Below are positions 1-14,940 of a stretch of DNA of 64,000 bases, one piece after another (the stretch's first letter is position 1; every line of letters starts with the position of its first letter). The DNA comes from Schmidtea polychroa (Eukaryota), in NCBI GenBank assembly GCA_044892525.1, contig CM097885.1:21516001-21580000 (forward strand). Reading direction: 5' to 3'. The translations under genes and the position numbers were made by a program. The notes below the pieces were generated by a model. It searched no databases, had not been told where the DNA came from, and saw only the letters and a list, made by a program, of their open reading frames with translations.

Positions 1-176
1 GAAACAGCTCCGGCGACATTCCAGAGACTCATGCACACAGTGCTAGAAGGAATGCTATTCAAGAGAGTAGTAGTTTATCTAGATGATATCTTGGTATATG
101 GTAAAAGTCAAAAAGACCACGATGAGCTATTAAGGGAAATATTCAAAAGAATTCAAATGGCGGGACTAAAAATAAA
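1..176 (+). pseudogene. Ty3/Gypsy reverse transcriptase fragment, truncated
   Basis: Translates to APATFQRLM...VVVYLDDILVYG...GLKIN, i.e. the RT motifs around YxDD; similarity breaks off near 176. Confidence 0.85.
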
Positions 177-177
177 T

Positions 178-670
178 TTTTTTCGTTTTAACGTAAAAAA
201 ATCACGAATTGATGGAGGATTAACAACAACCCTACATGAAGAATAATTTGGAATTGGCGGTTTTTGTGAATTAATTAAAACTTGTTATTTATAAATCCTT
301 TGATTAAATATATATTGTTAGTTTCAAGATTTTTGCTGCGAAATTTAAAAATGGATTTAAAGATGGATTTAAAGATGGATTTAAAATTTGGATTTAAAGA
401 TGGATTTAAAGATGAATTTAACACCAATTAATTAACAAAAAGATATCTTACTCTCCCCTTCTTAAGACTTTTTCCACTTCTTCAGCCACCCGATTCTTCT
501 TTCTTTCGTTCCTTCTTGTGAATGTAGTTCAACTCGATGAGGTGATAGAAATCTGACGATCTTTTGCATACCATTATTGTGCCTGTTCTGAGGCTTTTTA
601 CGTGTGAGTACCTTTTTCTACTGTTATTAATCCTCCGTCAATTCGTGTATATTTTGCGTTAAAACGAAAA
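178..670. repeat. ~50-bp imperfect inverted repeat pair enclosing a 12-bp tandem array
   Basis: ttttcgttttaacg...cacgaattgatggaggattaa (~178-228) is the reverse complement of ~623-670; (atggatttaaag)n lies at ~351-420. Confidence 0.6.
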
Positions 671-1512
671 CAATTCTTTTTTTCCCTTGTACATCTATTT
701 TCCAATATCTGTCGCAGCTTTCGAAACCGAATGTCCTTTTGTTGTTGTTTTCATACTTTTTCCATAGCTTCTGTTCATAGCTTTCTGTTACTGAGATCCA
801 TCACGATAGGCTTGGGGACAGTGCTGGATGTCAATGGTATCGGAGTTGGTTAAGCAGAGAACCTAAACAGGCAACGGAATGATGCTCTCTGTCAGATTCG
901 CCTGCATAGCTAAGGGAAAACCACGGATGCGGGCCTCAAGCTGGTGTTTAGTATAGACCAAATTGAAGGCATGAAATTGCTCGTGTATCAGGATCCTCTG
1001 AGTCTATGAGACTGTCCCGACACTGCTCGAGTCTGAACACTTTCTGGGACATTTCTTTCATCTGGATGGGGGTGAAACAAGTCCTCTCAAATCTATTGAT
1101 CTTGGCTCTCAATAAGCAGATCTCATCCCTCAGGGCTGTTCTGTGCATTTTTGTCAGAGCACGAGAAATAAAGTTTCAATTATTCATAACAATGAAAATA
1201 TTAAAAAAATGTGACATTTTCCAGAGACTATTTAACTAATTAAAATGTAAAAATTAAGGTAAGAACTTACAGTGATTTGTGAACAGAGTGATGATGACAA
1301 AAGGGTTGGTAAACTCTTATTTTTATTATATAATGATTAACATTAAATCATTCATCATATTCAAATCCATTAAATGTGGTGTATATAATAATACGGAAAA
1401 TCAAATCAAAGTTCGGTTGGGAACCGCATGTGTGATTACTATTATTATATCAGGTGTCAATTAAATACTTAAGATTCTGGAATATCTTAATCCTCGTTTC
1501 TTTGTTAATAAT

Positions 1513-2700
1513 TAGTGGCGTAGCTAGAAATTTTGGACCCATAGGCAATAATCGGTGTCCCGGGTCCCCTGTCCCTACTCGGTCTACTTTGTTTAACAAA
1601 ATAACAAAATTTCAGAGATCCATCACGATAGGTTTTTGGACAGCGCTGGATGTCAATGGAATTCAATAACATATACGAAACGAATAAGCTAAAACAATAA
1701 TAAGCTACAATTTTAACAAATTCAAAAGTAATATAAAAATTTATTTTCTAGATTTTACGTTTGCAAAATCGTGAATAAGTTCTGCGTAACTCATTATACT
1801 TCTAATTGATGCTCAATGGCTAGCAAAGCAAGATTTCGCAGCTTGCTCTGGTCAATTGCTGAATGACCTTTCAACACTAGTCACTGTAACCGGAAGTGTT
1901 AAGAACAACATGAAAGCAGTATAGATTTCCGAAAATTCACTTTCTAGACAGTGAGAAGCTATTCTGAAAAAGATATTATGGACATGATTTCCTTTAATTC
2001 CTTTTTTACTGGAGAATATTCATGCAGAAACTGAATGTGAAATTCAGAGGATATCACTCCTGGGTATTTTTCCAGGTTGTCACATAAGTTTAAAATATCT
2101 GCTTCAGGCAAATTGAAAATGTTTTTTGGCTCAAGAAATCCAAAACAGTTTGTAATTGTTTGCAACCCAGTAAAACGCTGCTTAATCTGATTATTTATTT
2201 CGTCCAAAACGAAATAAAATACTTCAACTCTAAATAAATGTTCCCGGTTATCAAAGCAATGATCTGATGCTAACTCATCGAAATGTCGTTTTGTGCGTGG
2301 CTGTCTTCTTGCTTGAAACGTGGCATCAATTCCCCACTTTTTGGCTTGTTCTACAGCCTCTAATTTGAGTTGTTCATATGATTTTCTAAAGTCTTGAATA
2401 TTTTCACTGACTCGATTTAAAACACATGAAGCTTCAGCTAAGTCAATGTCTTTCTTCTGAAGGGTTTTGGATGTATTATTAATTTGCACATCACTCGTAT
2501 AGAAATACACTGACAAAAACAAAATCACATGTTGCCATGTTTTTTTTTTGAATTGCCTCATCTGTCTCCTTCTTTTTTGATTTAAGACTGATTTCTGTCA
2601 GAGATTTTAATATATCAAACTGACGAACTTTAACAGCTGCCATAGACTGTAATCTACCAGACCAACGAATCGGATTGAACATTTTTAAAGTAATTTCTGA
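1513..2700 (-). mobile_element. Degenerate hAT (ZMYM1-like) DNA transposon relic
   Basis: Frameshifted minus-strand ORFs 2491-2682 and 1959-2561, followed by the hAT dimerisation motif LTLPVTVTSVERSFS (~1860-1905); terminus-like tagtggcgtagctag at 1513. Confidence 0.8.
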
Positions 2701-4084
2701 CTCTCCAGTAAATGAAGAAAGAAGATCCCACCTGTTTATGCTGTTTCCACTTTTACTTTATATTCAATTTTATAAAAGATTCTTGTAACTTCTCTTTTCA
2801 CCCTGTTTTGATTCCCCTTTTTACTCTGTCGTCTCTAATTTTACTCTACTTTTTGCCTCTAATTTCGTTTCGCTTTGCTCTCAACTTCGTTCTGTTTCCG
2901 TTCTACTTTTCCCTCCAAATTTGTCTAAATTTGTTCTCAATCTGTTCTGATTTCTCGTCCAACAGTTTTCCTTTATATAGTTGTTTTGCTTGTGGCACTG
3001 GCGACAGATTCTGTTTACCATCTTTCATTTCCTCTACATCAGCCTTATCTCTAACAGATGTCGAGATATTTTTCCATTTTCCTTTTCTGTTTAGCCGCCT
3101 TCTCCCGACAATTTCCCACTCTTTGACAGACTGTCAGGATACGGATTTTTCCCTTATTTTGTTTTTTTCTGGAATTTGAAATTCCACCTTCATTTGTACT
3201 TCTTAATTAACAACGATCTTTGTTTTAATTTCTTGTTTGTTTCCTTTTATTTGATTTATCTTTCTCATTTTTAATTTCTTTTTACTTCTGTTTTCTTTTC
3301 TGAGTTCCCATAGATCGTCCGATTTGTTATGACGATCTTCCCCACGTAATTTATTTATTTATTATTTTATTTTTCATTTAGGTATCCTCAACAAATGATA
3401 AAAGGAATAAAAAACTATTCTGGACTTATCCCAACACAATGGAATACGCATAATGCAAAATTTTCAGCAAGACCTGAAAATGAGTTATTAATGGATGCTG
3501 CGGTAGAGGAGAGCATTTGCGATATCAATACTAAAAGAATTCAAAGAGACAGGTGTTGAGAGAGAGATGTTTAGTGAATGAAGATTCTAGGAAATATGAA
3601 GACTTTGAGAAATGAAGAATTTCAGAAATGTAGCATCTGCTCACGATGTTGGTGATGGCATGTTGCAATCAAATCAAGAAGTCATTTACAAAAATGAGGA
3701 AGCGCTGCGATTATGCGAAATAATTGGATCTAAGAACTAAAATGTAGTGACGATTGTGTTATGCCCATTTTAAAAAAATTATATAATTTAAATAAATTTA
3801 AAATAGTAATAGATAATTCAGTTAGTCAGTCACAAATATAATTTTATTGTTATTAAAGTAAAAAATGTAATTAGAAATAATGATGAAATTAAGATTAAAT
3901 GTTAACTTTAAAATTATAATTTTTTTTAAATAAAAACTAATAGCAATATGAAAATAATATTTGTTATACAAATGGTTTAGTGAATTATATTTTTATAAAT
4001 CAACATCAAATCTAGCCAGAGCCTAACCTGTTAATTAACTAAAAATTAAAATAAAACGTATATATTGAACGGTTAAAATCTAAG

Positions 4085-4246
4085 CAGTGGCGTAGCCAGG
4101 AATTCATGAAGGGTTTGAGTTTAAAAATATTTATTAATATTATGGTGTATACGAATGGTGTACAGACTACAGAAAGATCGACAAATACGTGTACATGAAA
4201 AATCCAATGGGGGGTTTAACTCCTAGCCCCTTTGGCTACGCCACTG
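4085..4246. mobile_element. hAT-type MITE
   Basis: TIRs cagtggcgtagcca / tggctacgccactg; the flanking 8-mers aatctaag / aaactagg match 6/8 (decayed TSD). Confidence 0.75.
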
Positions 4247-4542
4247 AAACTAGGGAGCAAAGGGTTTTTAAAAAATATAACAATAATCAAAATTTTATAA
4301 ATTGTCACAAAATTATTTGTAATATTTAAAATCAATTACTGATAAAATAAATATTTAAAATCAATTACTGATAAATTAAATATTATTAATATATACCGCA
4401 TAAAATACCTAAATTCTTCAAAATCAAATTTGTTTAAATATTGTTTCAAATTTTTAAATTTATTAACAAATTTTTTTTTCAAAAACAGTAAATTATTATT
4501 TTTTAATAAAAATAAATAACGAAAAATATCAAGGGAAATTTA

Positions 4543-7500
4543 TTATTGATTATCTTCATCACTCTCGACACTTTTGAAATCTCCATTTAATTTCAATCTC
4601 TTTTCTTTCAATTCATAATAAACTTGCAATCCAGTCTTATCTAATGGCACTTTCGGTAATGCATCGAGGAATTTGTTTCGTGACGAAATGGCCGAGTCGT
4701 TGAAATTTTCATTTGTCAACCAATTATTTTCTTTCTACATATTTTATAATACTAATATTATTATGCTAATAATGCCTTTACTTTTGACAATATGTCATTC
4801 TCACCGAATGTCAGACAGTCGATTACGACCTTCTCTTGTCCACCGATGATATAGAAATCTATCGAATCGGCAGTCTCTATCACAGCTGCGTCCAATACGT
4901 ACATCGACAAATCGACATCGGCACTAGTAGCCGTCACCCCTTCAACAGACTCATTCAATGTGATAATTTGTAAATGGTTCTCGCTATTCGCATTTGTCAA
5001 TTGAATATGTTCATATTAACCAATTATCAACTTACTTTTTAAAAAATAGAAATATTTTATCATTCCTAATAAACATTCTAGTGACAATTGAGACGGAATT
5101 TTCATCTTTAGATGAAAATTTATGTCTGTAGAATTCTTGCTTTGATTTCAGATCCCAAATTATGAGGTAACCATCCTGGAAGACTCATTTAAAAAAAGTA
5201 ACTATCTGTATGACAAATTTCCCATTATTTAGGTTCCAAAACCATTTTTAAATCACTTTTATATTTCAAGATACTTGCCGCTACTTTCCAGTTATCTCGA
5301 TTAATTTTCAATTATAAAAAATCTTTTTAAACCAATTTAGGCAATAAACAACAGGATAATTATTTAGTCTGAGTTTATCCGATAAAGTATTTTGACCCTC
5401 TGTGGCAATGGTTCTCTATTAATATAAAAGCGTGGAACACCATTCACATGATTTTTTTACGCGGAACAGTGACAAAAAAATACTTACACACAATGAGTGA
5501 CCAATCACAAATTACTATAAATCTGTCGTAAACGTAAACAATGCCTTCTTATAAGCAAAGAAAATACCACGCGCAACAATAACAAGCAATAAAAACACTT
5601 TTATATATTTGTATGTTTATATATCTGTGTAACGGCTTTCTTATTGAATCATCTGATAAAATAATTAATTGAGGTTTTTGATGATATGTATCTTAAATGC
5701 AAATTTGAAGATACAATGTCATTTTTTTGGGGAACACTGAAAGCTTAATCGCGGAACACGGGTTGAGAATCACTGCCCTAGGGGTACAGATTGCACGGGG
5801 AAATTTTTGAAAATGACAAATACACAATTAAATTACTTATAATATATATTTTGAAGTATAAAAATATGGTTAGCATTTAATGACGCACCAAATTAATTGA
5901 ATTTGAACCAATTTTTATTAATATTGCATCAAAAATTAGGTATGTGTGTGTGTTTAGTACAACCAGTCCATATGTGACCTGTACCTCTAGGGGTTCAAAA
6001 TACTTTATCGGATAAACTCAGACTAAATGATTATTCTGTTGTTTATTGCCTAAATTGGTATTCCCAAAGATGTTATCAATAACTGAGGTTAACACTGTGC
6101 CCTACACTATTAAGTGAAATTTTTTTTAAAAGGTTGCTTTTGTTTACAAAATTTTTTATACTAGACCGGCTTAATTGAAATATATTGAAAGGATACTTTA
6201 ATTAAGTATACAGTAAATGGGAAAAGATATACACTAATCCAGGGAGATTTTTTCTGCAATATCGTTGTAATAATCGATATAATCCGAGGGAGATGATACG
6301 ACTCTCTCATAACCAAAATGAGTCGAAGCTTTGTAGTCGAATCTGTAAAAACTACCAACATTTTGATGTAATTTTGTTCCAGAATGAAAACGATATTCTA
6401 AATAATTTTCAAACTATTTCCTAAAAAGAATATTTGATGCGCAAAAATCGACACTTTAAATTATAACGATGGAAAAAGATGAAAGTGAAAGAGAAGTGAA
6501 AGAGAATTTTATGCATCACGTATCAAGCTTTAAATTTTTACATATTCCTAAATGTTAATATTGTATTATACCAGTTGGGTATCATCTATTTCCTCTCCAA
6601 TTACCCATTCCTGCATCATAACACCATTCCAATGTCACCCTCAATCGCATTGTAATAATTCAGTAAATGATGTCACTCAATAACCCAAATAGAAAGAACT
6701 CACAATTTCATGATAATAATTCCAGTTTGTATAAATAATATTAATCTAACATTCTCAATGAAGGGACATGAACCCATATTAGAAAATGAATTATCAATGA
6801 AATATCATCTCCATATGCATTATCATACACAGATGGTATCAAAATGAAGTTGAAGCGATTCTACGCCTACAATATAATAATAATAATGCCTTTGGTCGAG
6901 TTATCCAATAATATAATTATAATAATACCAGATGGAAAAGGGGAGGCAATTGAGATTATGATATTCATATAAACCCAGTGAAAAAATATGTCCTCTTCTT
7001 TATTCAAATAATCATTTACCAAGGCCTTATAATCCAATATCATTATAATGATCCCATAATATTATTCAAATAACCTCAGGGGAACATTGACCCCCATTGC
7101 AAAACAAAATACCGATAAAGAATTATATCATTAATATGGAGATTCCACACGTAGAATATTATAGTAATAATGCCTTTATCCAATAACTTAGTTCTAATAA
7201 TATCAGAATGGGATGGGGTATTACATCCATATAAATCCAATGAAAAAATATTCCCTTTACTGCATTCAAATAACCACCTAAAAATATTCTACAATCCCAA
7301 ATCATTATAATAATTAAATAGATTGCACAACTCGATAATATCATTAAAATAATCATGGGGATGGGAACATTGGCCCCTCCATGACAAAATCCATACCACC
7401 AAAGAAATATCTAACCACCATTCAATTTTGGAGATTATACACTTGCAATATTATAGTAACAATGTCCTTGATTGAGTTATTCAATAATATAATTCTATTA

Positions 7501-9316
7501 ATACTAGGTGGGGAGGGGTAGGGAGCCATTCAAGCCCATGTCATTCATATAAACCCAATGAAAAAATATGTCCTTTTACTGCATTCAAATAATATTCTAC
7601 AATTCCAAATCATTATAATAACGACATAGATTGTGTTACCCAATAATATTATACAAATAATCCCAGGAGGGTAACATTGCCCTCCTCATTGCAAAATCAA
7701 TACTACGACAGAAATATCTAATAACCATTCAATTTTGGAGATTCAACACGTATACTATTATAGTAACAATGCCTTTGATTGAGTTATTCAATAATATTAT
7801 ACAAATAATCACAGTGAGGGGAACATTGGCCCACTATTTCAAAATCAATACCACCAAATAATAATATCATTAATATCCAACCAACATTCAATTATAGAGA
7901 TTATACACTTGCAATATTATAGTAACAATGTCCTTGATTGAGATATTCAATAATATAATTCTATTAATACTAGGTGGGGAGGGTGGGGAGGGGTGGGGAG
8001 CCAATTGAGCCCATGTCATAAATCTAATGAAAAAATATGTACTTTTACTGCATTCAAATAATATTCTACAATTCCAAATCATTATAATAACGACATAGAT
8101 TGTATTATCAAATAATAACATTGCCCACCTCATTGAAAAATCAATACCACGACAGAAATATCTAATAACCATTCAATTTTGGAGATTCAGCACGTATACT
8201 ATTATAGTAAAAACGCACTTGATTGAGTTATCCAATAATATTATAGAAATAATCCCAGGGAGGGGAACTTTGGGGCCCCATTACAAAATCAATACCACCA
8301 ATGAAATATCGCATTAATATACATTATAACATTGCCAAATATATCCCAAAGAAAATATATCTAAAACGATTTGTGCCATGCGTGTAGAAATGCCTAAAAT
8401 GTGACACAAAGATTGTATTGAAACATCCGAAACGATAACCAATGTCCCGTTGTAACAAAAATAAATAATATTCACTACCCCTTCCCCTTATTAATTAATG
8501 CAAACTATAAATATTTAATTAAAATAGAAAAGCTTACCGCTCCAACTGAAATCAATTTTTTACCATCTGCAGTAAATTTGACTTGAGAAACAAATCTGGA
8601 AAATAAAAAAATTTATGATAATATAAAAAATAAAAATTTCAATTAACTTTGTATGGCCCATTAAAAATGTGTAGATTTCATAGGAATTCGGATAAAAAGA
8701 AACTCGAATTTTCTCATCTCGATCTGCTGTTGCAATTAGTTGTTGAAATGGATGCAAATCCTGGGGAAAACATTAGAAATATTTTATTTGTAGAAATCAT
8801 TTTACAAAGTCAATTAAAACTGAAACATGACCCATGGTAATCCATCTTAACTTATCTTCCTCTTTGCTATTTTGCTGGTGATTTTCAAATTCCAATGGAA
8901 TTCTTAAGATATAACCTGATTTGTCAGCAACTATAATATATTGACTGTCGTGAGTGAATTTTATATGGGAACATCGTCTCTCAAGAGAGCTTTGTCGCAA
9001 TAAAGTCCAATTGGAGTCACTATAACTGTATAGATAAAGTCCTTTATAATCATCGGAAACACATATATAGTTATTGCAGGGTGAAACTGATCCGTCTAAA
9101 ACAAATCCCAAATTTTCATCTCTTAATAAAAATTACTAATAAAATACATTCATAAAAATCATTACTCTCTCGTTGAATTGATAGCAATTGTCTGTGTAGT
9201 TTTCAATCTAATTAAATTATTAAAAATTGTAACATAAAATTCGGTTACTTTGTGTCATGTATTTTAAATTGAGATTGTTGAAAGGTAAGTAAGATATTAT
9301 TCTTAGATGCAAGCAT
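4543..9316 (-). CDS. WDR4: Multi-exon host gene: tRNA m7G46 methyltransferase non-catalytic WD40 subunit (WDR4/Trm82)
   Basis: Approximate exons, with GT-AG introns: 9316-9249, 9207-9167, 9121-8805, 8760-8648, 8596-8538, 5175-5037, 4984-4780, 4735-4543. Motifs IIVADKSG, MGHVSVLID, IATADRDEKIRVSFYPNSYEIYTFLMGHT and DGYLIIWD. The start codon is tentative. Confidence 0.85.
5331..6059. mobile_element. Intronic TIR/foldback element with a probable nested hAT MITE (~5406-5776)
   Basis: 5331-5399 is the reverse complement of ~5990-6059 (accaatttaggcaataaacaacag...tttatccgataaagtattttg); inner caatggttctc...gagaatcactg termini. Confidence 0.6.
6640..8330. repeat. Degenerate tandem repeat array in the WDR4 intron
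   Basis: ttatagtaacaatg..cttgattgagttattcaataatat recurs at ~7451, 7757, 7917 and 8202, and caaaatcaatacc recurs with it. Confidence 0.75.
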
Positions 9317-12300
9317 GATGACCGCAATAAATATGCATTATTTAAACAAAAATAATTATTTTACAATTGAGAGATTATTATAAATAATTTTATGATTTAT
9401 ATCATTAGAAAAATTATAGTTAAATCAACGTAAAATTGTAAATAGTAATACAAAATAATGTATTGATGACAATTAATTTGTATTTTAAAATTTTATCATA
9501 TAGAAAACTTTTTTTTTGGAATAGACTTTGAAATTACCGTCAAATGTTTTACTTTTACAGTCATTTCATAGAAACAATTCAATATACGGTAAAAGGTTAA
9601 TGTGTGTCTTTTTTATCTGATTTGTAAAAACATGACTACCTTTTGATTCTAGGTTCTCATCCTTTTACAGATCCTAAACAAAGATTAAACAAAGGATGGT
9701 TACTTGTTTGCATAAAAGCATTGATAAATTTCTGAACATTTTTCTTCACAAAATTCAAATAATTATAAAAATTTTTCTAAATTAAACATTGAAATTATTG
9801 ACTGCAATTAAATTGTATTTTTAAAGATTTTTCAGTTAAACAATCTATGACAATATTGGTAGTGAAAACCCTCATAAAATATATTTCTGTGTTTATGTGT
9901 GTGAAGTTGTGGTTGTTAACCTAAATTAGTTTACTTGACCACTGGGCGAGTTAAATCTCTTTAATTGTTCCAAGGGCTCCAATTCTAACAAGAGCGATTC
10001 TAAACCAAAACGTAATGTAAATTAAATCACACCAATCACTTGTGACGTTAGTACTGTTTATCGTGAATGTAGTCCTTAAACACAACTGAAACCCTCCAAG
10101 GTCTACTTAATCTCAAATTATTCGGGTTCATTATATCGAGAAAAGGAACTTGCTCACATTTCACTAATGTGGGGTTGTGACTGTTGACATAATTTCGTCA
10201 CTCTGATAATTAAAGCTATTTATTTACGGTTTTGGCACTATCATTATTACTTGAACAGTTACAACCTCAATCAAAATACGATTTCGATTAAGGCACATCC
10301 GTCACAAGTAATGTTAGTACTGTGTGCCTTAGGTGGAATTTGAAAGTAAAAGTAACGAACTTCCCGTGCCTGCTAATTTATGCATTTCTCCGGTTCAAAG
10401 TGCTGATTGGAACCATTATACTATTACTTTGGTGGATCACGGGTAACTAAAATTTTAACTTATCGTGAAGTATCCAGCGTAACCCATAATATACAGACAC
10501 CCGTAGAATGGATGAATTTTAGTAAAAAGTGATCTCACTAAGGTGGACTATCGTTAGCTAACATTATCATGGTCCATGGACTATGAATGGAAGATATGTG
10601 TCTAATTTGCTTCACGATCTCCACTGTCGTTTGAGTCTTAACGGAAAACATAAAAATTGTAAAAAATTAGACCTACATCTAATTTGATTTATGTTTACTG
10701 CAAATTATTATCAAGTTAAATTTTTTTAAAAATTATGTTTGCTCCTTTTTCAAGAAAGCAAAATTTCATAAACTTTATTCGTAACCATCTTTCATAAGGA
10801 CGACCAACAGCATAAACAATTGATCTAACTCAAAACATACTATCAATAAATTATCGCAAACTACTGTTAGATAATGCAAAAATATCTCAATACAAATAAG
10901 ACAATTATCTACAAGACCAATTTCAATAAAGCAAATTGCAACTCAATGAATATTAATAATTCTCTAACATTTCCCCTTAGAAAACGAAAAACTACATCAA
11001 CACTAAAAATTTATAGAAAATTGATTTCGTTTAATATATGCTGTGGCCAAATTTCTTTTTCATCTGCGATTCATCTAATTGTGCCAAATTTTATAGTATT
11101 CTGGGTTGTCTATTGGCTATATTTGGCTATCTGCCAGGTATTAATTGTTGAAACTTCTTATTCATTTGATTATTCGATTTAGTTGTTGCAACTGTTTCAA
11201 AATAAATAGCTATTACACTATTGTAGAACTGTTGAAAATGTATTACGTTCGTAAAATTTTAAATTGTTCAAATTGCTCTGGTCTCTGGATTTTGGAAAGG
11301 AGAAATCTTAGTATTATATATTCAAGATGAGAAAAGTCATTGCCAGGCTTTTAAGCTTGACGCGATACCCAAATCTTGATATTTAATTTTTTTCCAGCCT
11401 GCCATAATGATAATGGCATACCAGAAGTAGAATTATTCATTGCATTAAGACGTTCACTTTAAACAAAGTATTGTTTTACATCGGCACAGGAGTCTATCGG
11501 ACTAACAGCATGCGACATATAAACTGCTATAACATCATGATGTTCCATTACGTTAGATTTTGCTAACTTTCATGTAATCTGTAGTAGTTGTGGGCCCGAA
11601 AATATTCTATGTATGAATTGATTGAAGTAAAAATTAATTAACATAATAAAAATAAAATTATTCCTCAAAAGATTTAATGAAATGATATAAAATGACAAAG
11701 ATAACATTGAAATCAGCACAGCAAAATATAAGAAGTGCATAAAATTTCAAACTAAACAAGTTGAAATTGTCGTCGGTATTTAATACCTGGTTTTGTGTTT
11801 GAGAGTTAATGCGCATGCATTAGTGCACTTAAACAAATTCAAATATTTTTAATCAATTTATTTATTTTTGTAATTTTTATTATTTTTTATTAATTAATTT
11901 TAAAATTTTTATAATTTATTTACTTTTTGTTATTTTCGATTTCATATTAAATTTCTCAGTTTTAATTTATTGTTATCTTTTTAACTCTTTCGCATTATAT
12001 TTTTTCCAATTTATTTTTATTAATTTACTTCCTAAAATTTCTAATTTCATCAATTTATCTTTTTCGCAAATTTATGTTGAATTTCGTGACTTTTAACCCA
12101 TTTTCGTTCCTTTTGAATAATTTATTGTATTATAAATATTTTTTTTGATTTTTCTTATTCTAATATTTAATTCATTTTTTTCTAAAATTTTATTATTATC
12201 TTTTATTTCTTATTATCGCCTTCTTTTTTACTTTGTTTTAATTAGGTTATTTCTTTTTTGTTATGTTTGTATTACTTTCTTGTTGAATCTCTTGCAGATT

Positions 12301-14039
12301 ATTTTAATATTTATAATTTTCTATGTCTGTTTTCCATATTTAACTGTTTACTTGTTGTTTTTATCGTAATTTGAGTTTAACTCGACTTAATGCGATATCC
12401 CTTTTTGTGTTTTATTACCTACCTATTTCCACAAAATCATCACTATTATAATTTCATTTTATCTAATGTCAGTTTTGGAACAATAGTTCACTAAATTGGT
12501 TCTTCATAGTGTTGGGCTAGAACTGACTTCTAGACCCAAACTTGAATTGTGACTGAAAGGTGCAGGTACACAACATGCAAAAGCAAGACGTTTAGCTAAA
12601 TATTAAAATTACATCAAATAAACAATATTAACTAAAGGAGAAAGCAACAAAAACATAAACAAAGAAATTAAACAAAATTATACAAAAGCAAGAAGTGATG
12701 CAAAAATCTAACTCAAAAATAACCAAATAAACACAGAGTTACAAAAAACAGACTCGAATAACTTAAAAGACGATAAAAACAGTAAAACATTCCAGAAAAA
12801 CCCAGAACATTCTATAAAAATGGCGATGACCATCACAAAAGTCATCTAGAACAACAAAAGTTAAGGAAAATAAATAAATTAGTATTAAAAATAATAAATC
12901 TTTAAAAGAAATTCACAAAACATCAGTTAAAATAAAAATTAAATTAAAAATAAAATAGAATGTTCTGGAACCGTTCCAAATCCATCATGGACGGCAAATT
13001 AACGAAAAATAATTAAAAAATAAAAATATAAAAATAAAAACAAAAATTATGGCACAAAAATTGTCATTAAAAATAGCAAAATCGCTAAATAGAAAATTCT
13101 GGAATAAAAAGAATTCGAGTTTGTTTTAATGCATCAATACATACACGTGTACTAAATAGGTATATATACTGACACGTTTCAGTCACAATCAATCACTTTT
13201 ATGCCAAATTTTTGTGACGAAATTTCCAAAATCGATAGTAAGCATTGATCTTTATTTGTATATTAATTGTTTAATTATATAGATGGTATTTTAAATTTAT
13301 TTTTGCTTAAAATTTTTTGCGATGTATGAGTGATCAACGGCGTACTGGTATTCCTGCGTCGTTGTTCAGTCCTGCATCCAATTTATTAAAATCGTTATTA
13401 ACAGGACATGCAGACACGCATTATCATTATTATAGTGATATTTATTATATGATTTCTTTTTGTTCGGGTCAGCCGGAGGTCGAACTACTTCATGGTCCTG
13501 CCATGGAGTTAGGTCGAGGAAACCCTCCGCCTGACTCTTTGTATTTATTCAAGGTCAACCGTAAATGGTTGACTTAGCACACAACACTAAGGTTTGTAGA
13601 AGTGGTCACAGTGGGGCCATGGAAGCAATATTCTTCCCGACTTTCGTTTAATACACATGAAAAATCCACATTCAAAATCATAAACAACGACTCCACACTA
13701 AGGTCCTAAATTGAGTAGAGCTCATACCTAAACTTACACAATTCTGCAAGCACATTAATGTAGTTGGTTGATCAATAATAATATTTTGGTACACTTGGAC
13801 ATATGCCGAATTAGGTTTGGTAATAGGAGCCCATGGTAATTGGAATAATAGAAATGGTAAAATTCTTCGGCCTATGTCTAAGTAGAGCTTAAATTTGGAT
13901 AGACCTGTGAATAAATCACCGACTTAATGAACCCAACGTAAGGGAAAAAGTTATAAATTTAAAAGAATCCCGAATCTAAATTCTCACTGTAACATATTCC
14001 TAAAGGTATAAATAATTGATTATAACTTTTATAAATAAC

Positions 14040-14940
14040 TATAATAGCTTGGAGATAATTATATTGATAAATTATAGACCTAAAACCGTAAATTACTGAA
14101 TATAAAACTACCAACTATAAATTAAAAACTTAAATTTCTAAATTGTAGACTTTAAAAGTGTAAAGTATAATCATAAAGTCTAAAATACCGAATATAGTAT
14201 TATAAGTTATAAACTATACAACTATGGATCAAAAATCTAAACTGTAGATCATAAAAGGGCAAATCATAACGATGAAGTCTGAAATGTAAGAGCGTAAAAT
14301 GTGGAATATAAATTGTCAGCAAAAACTATATAATCATAAAGTAAAAATCTAAATTTCTAAATAGTAGACTATAATTGTATAAATCATAACCATTAAGTCG
14401 AAAACATAACGTCGTAAAATATTGAACAAAAAATTTAAACCATATAATCATAAATCAAGAATCCAAATTTCTAAATGGTAGACCATGAAACTATAAATCT
14501 GAAAATAGAAAATTAGGAAGTAAAAAATATAAAATGGTAAAATGTTAAATAAACAATTTATAAATTATAAAGTGTATGATGAGAACTTCTAAAGTATGAA
14601 TTTATAAACTGTAAGATAAAAAATTGAAAATCGTAGACGAAAACCTGTAAAGTGCAAAATGTAACCTTCGAACTCATAAAATATGAATCCCTAAATTGTG
14701 AAAGCCAAAATACGAATGGTAAAATATAAAGTTATATTATCACTATTATTATTAGTGTTGCCATTATCATTATTACTATTATTATTGCTATTATTGTTCT
14801 TATTGCTATCCTTATTGTTCTCATTATTATTATTATCATTATTGTTATTATGACTATTACTATTATTATTATTACCACTACGATCATTTGTTATCCTCGT
14901 TATCACCATTTTTACGGTTATGATCATAATTAGTATTACT
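14040..14940. repeat. LTR-internal degenerate ~110-bp repeats followed by an (ATT)n-like tract (also in the 3' LTR)
   Basis: aaatttctaaa.tgtagac...aatcataa units at ~14131, 14235, 14350 and 14465; decayed ATT repeats at 14730-14940. Confidence 0.65.

Noticed and set aside
793..1660. 45-bp direct repeat (793-838 and 1615-1660) as LTRs
   Set aside because: Too short, with no TG..CA ends or TSD; probably fragments of a dispersed repeat.
9600..11800. Possible gene or transposase between WDR4 and the element
   Set aside because: Only short, stop-ridden frames with no motif I could recognise.
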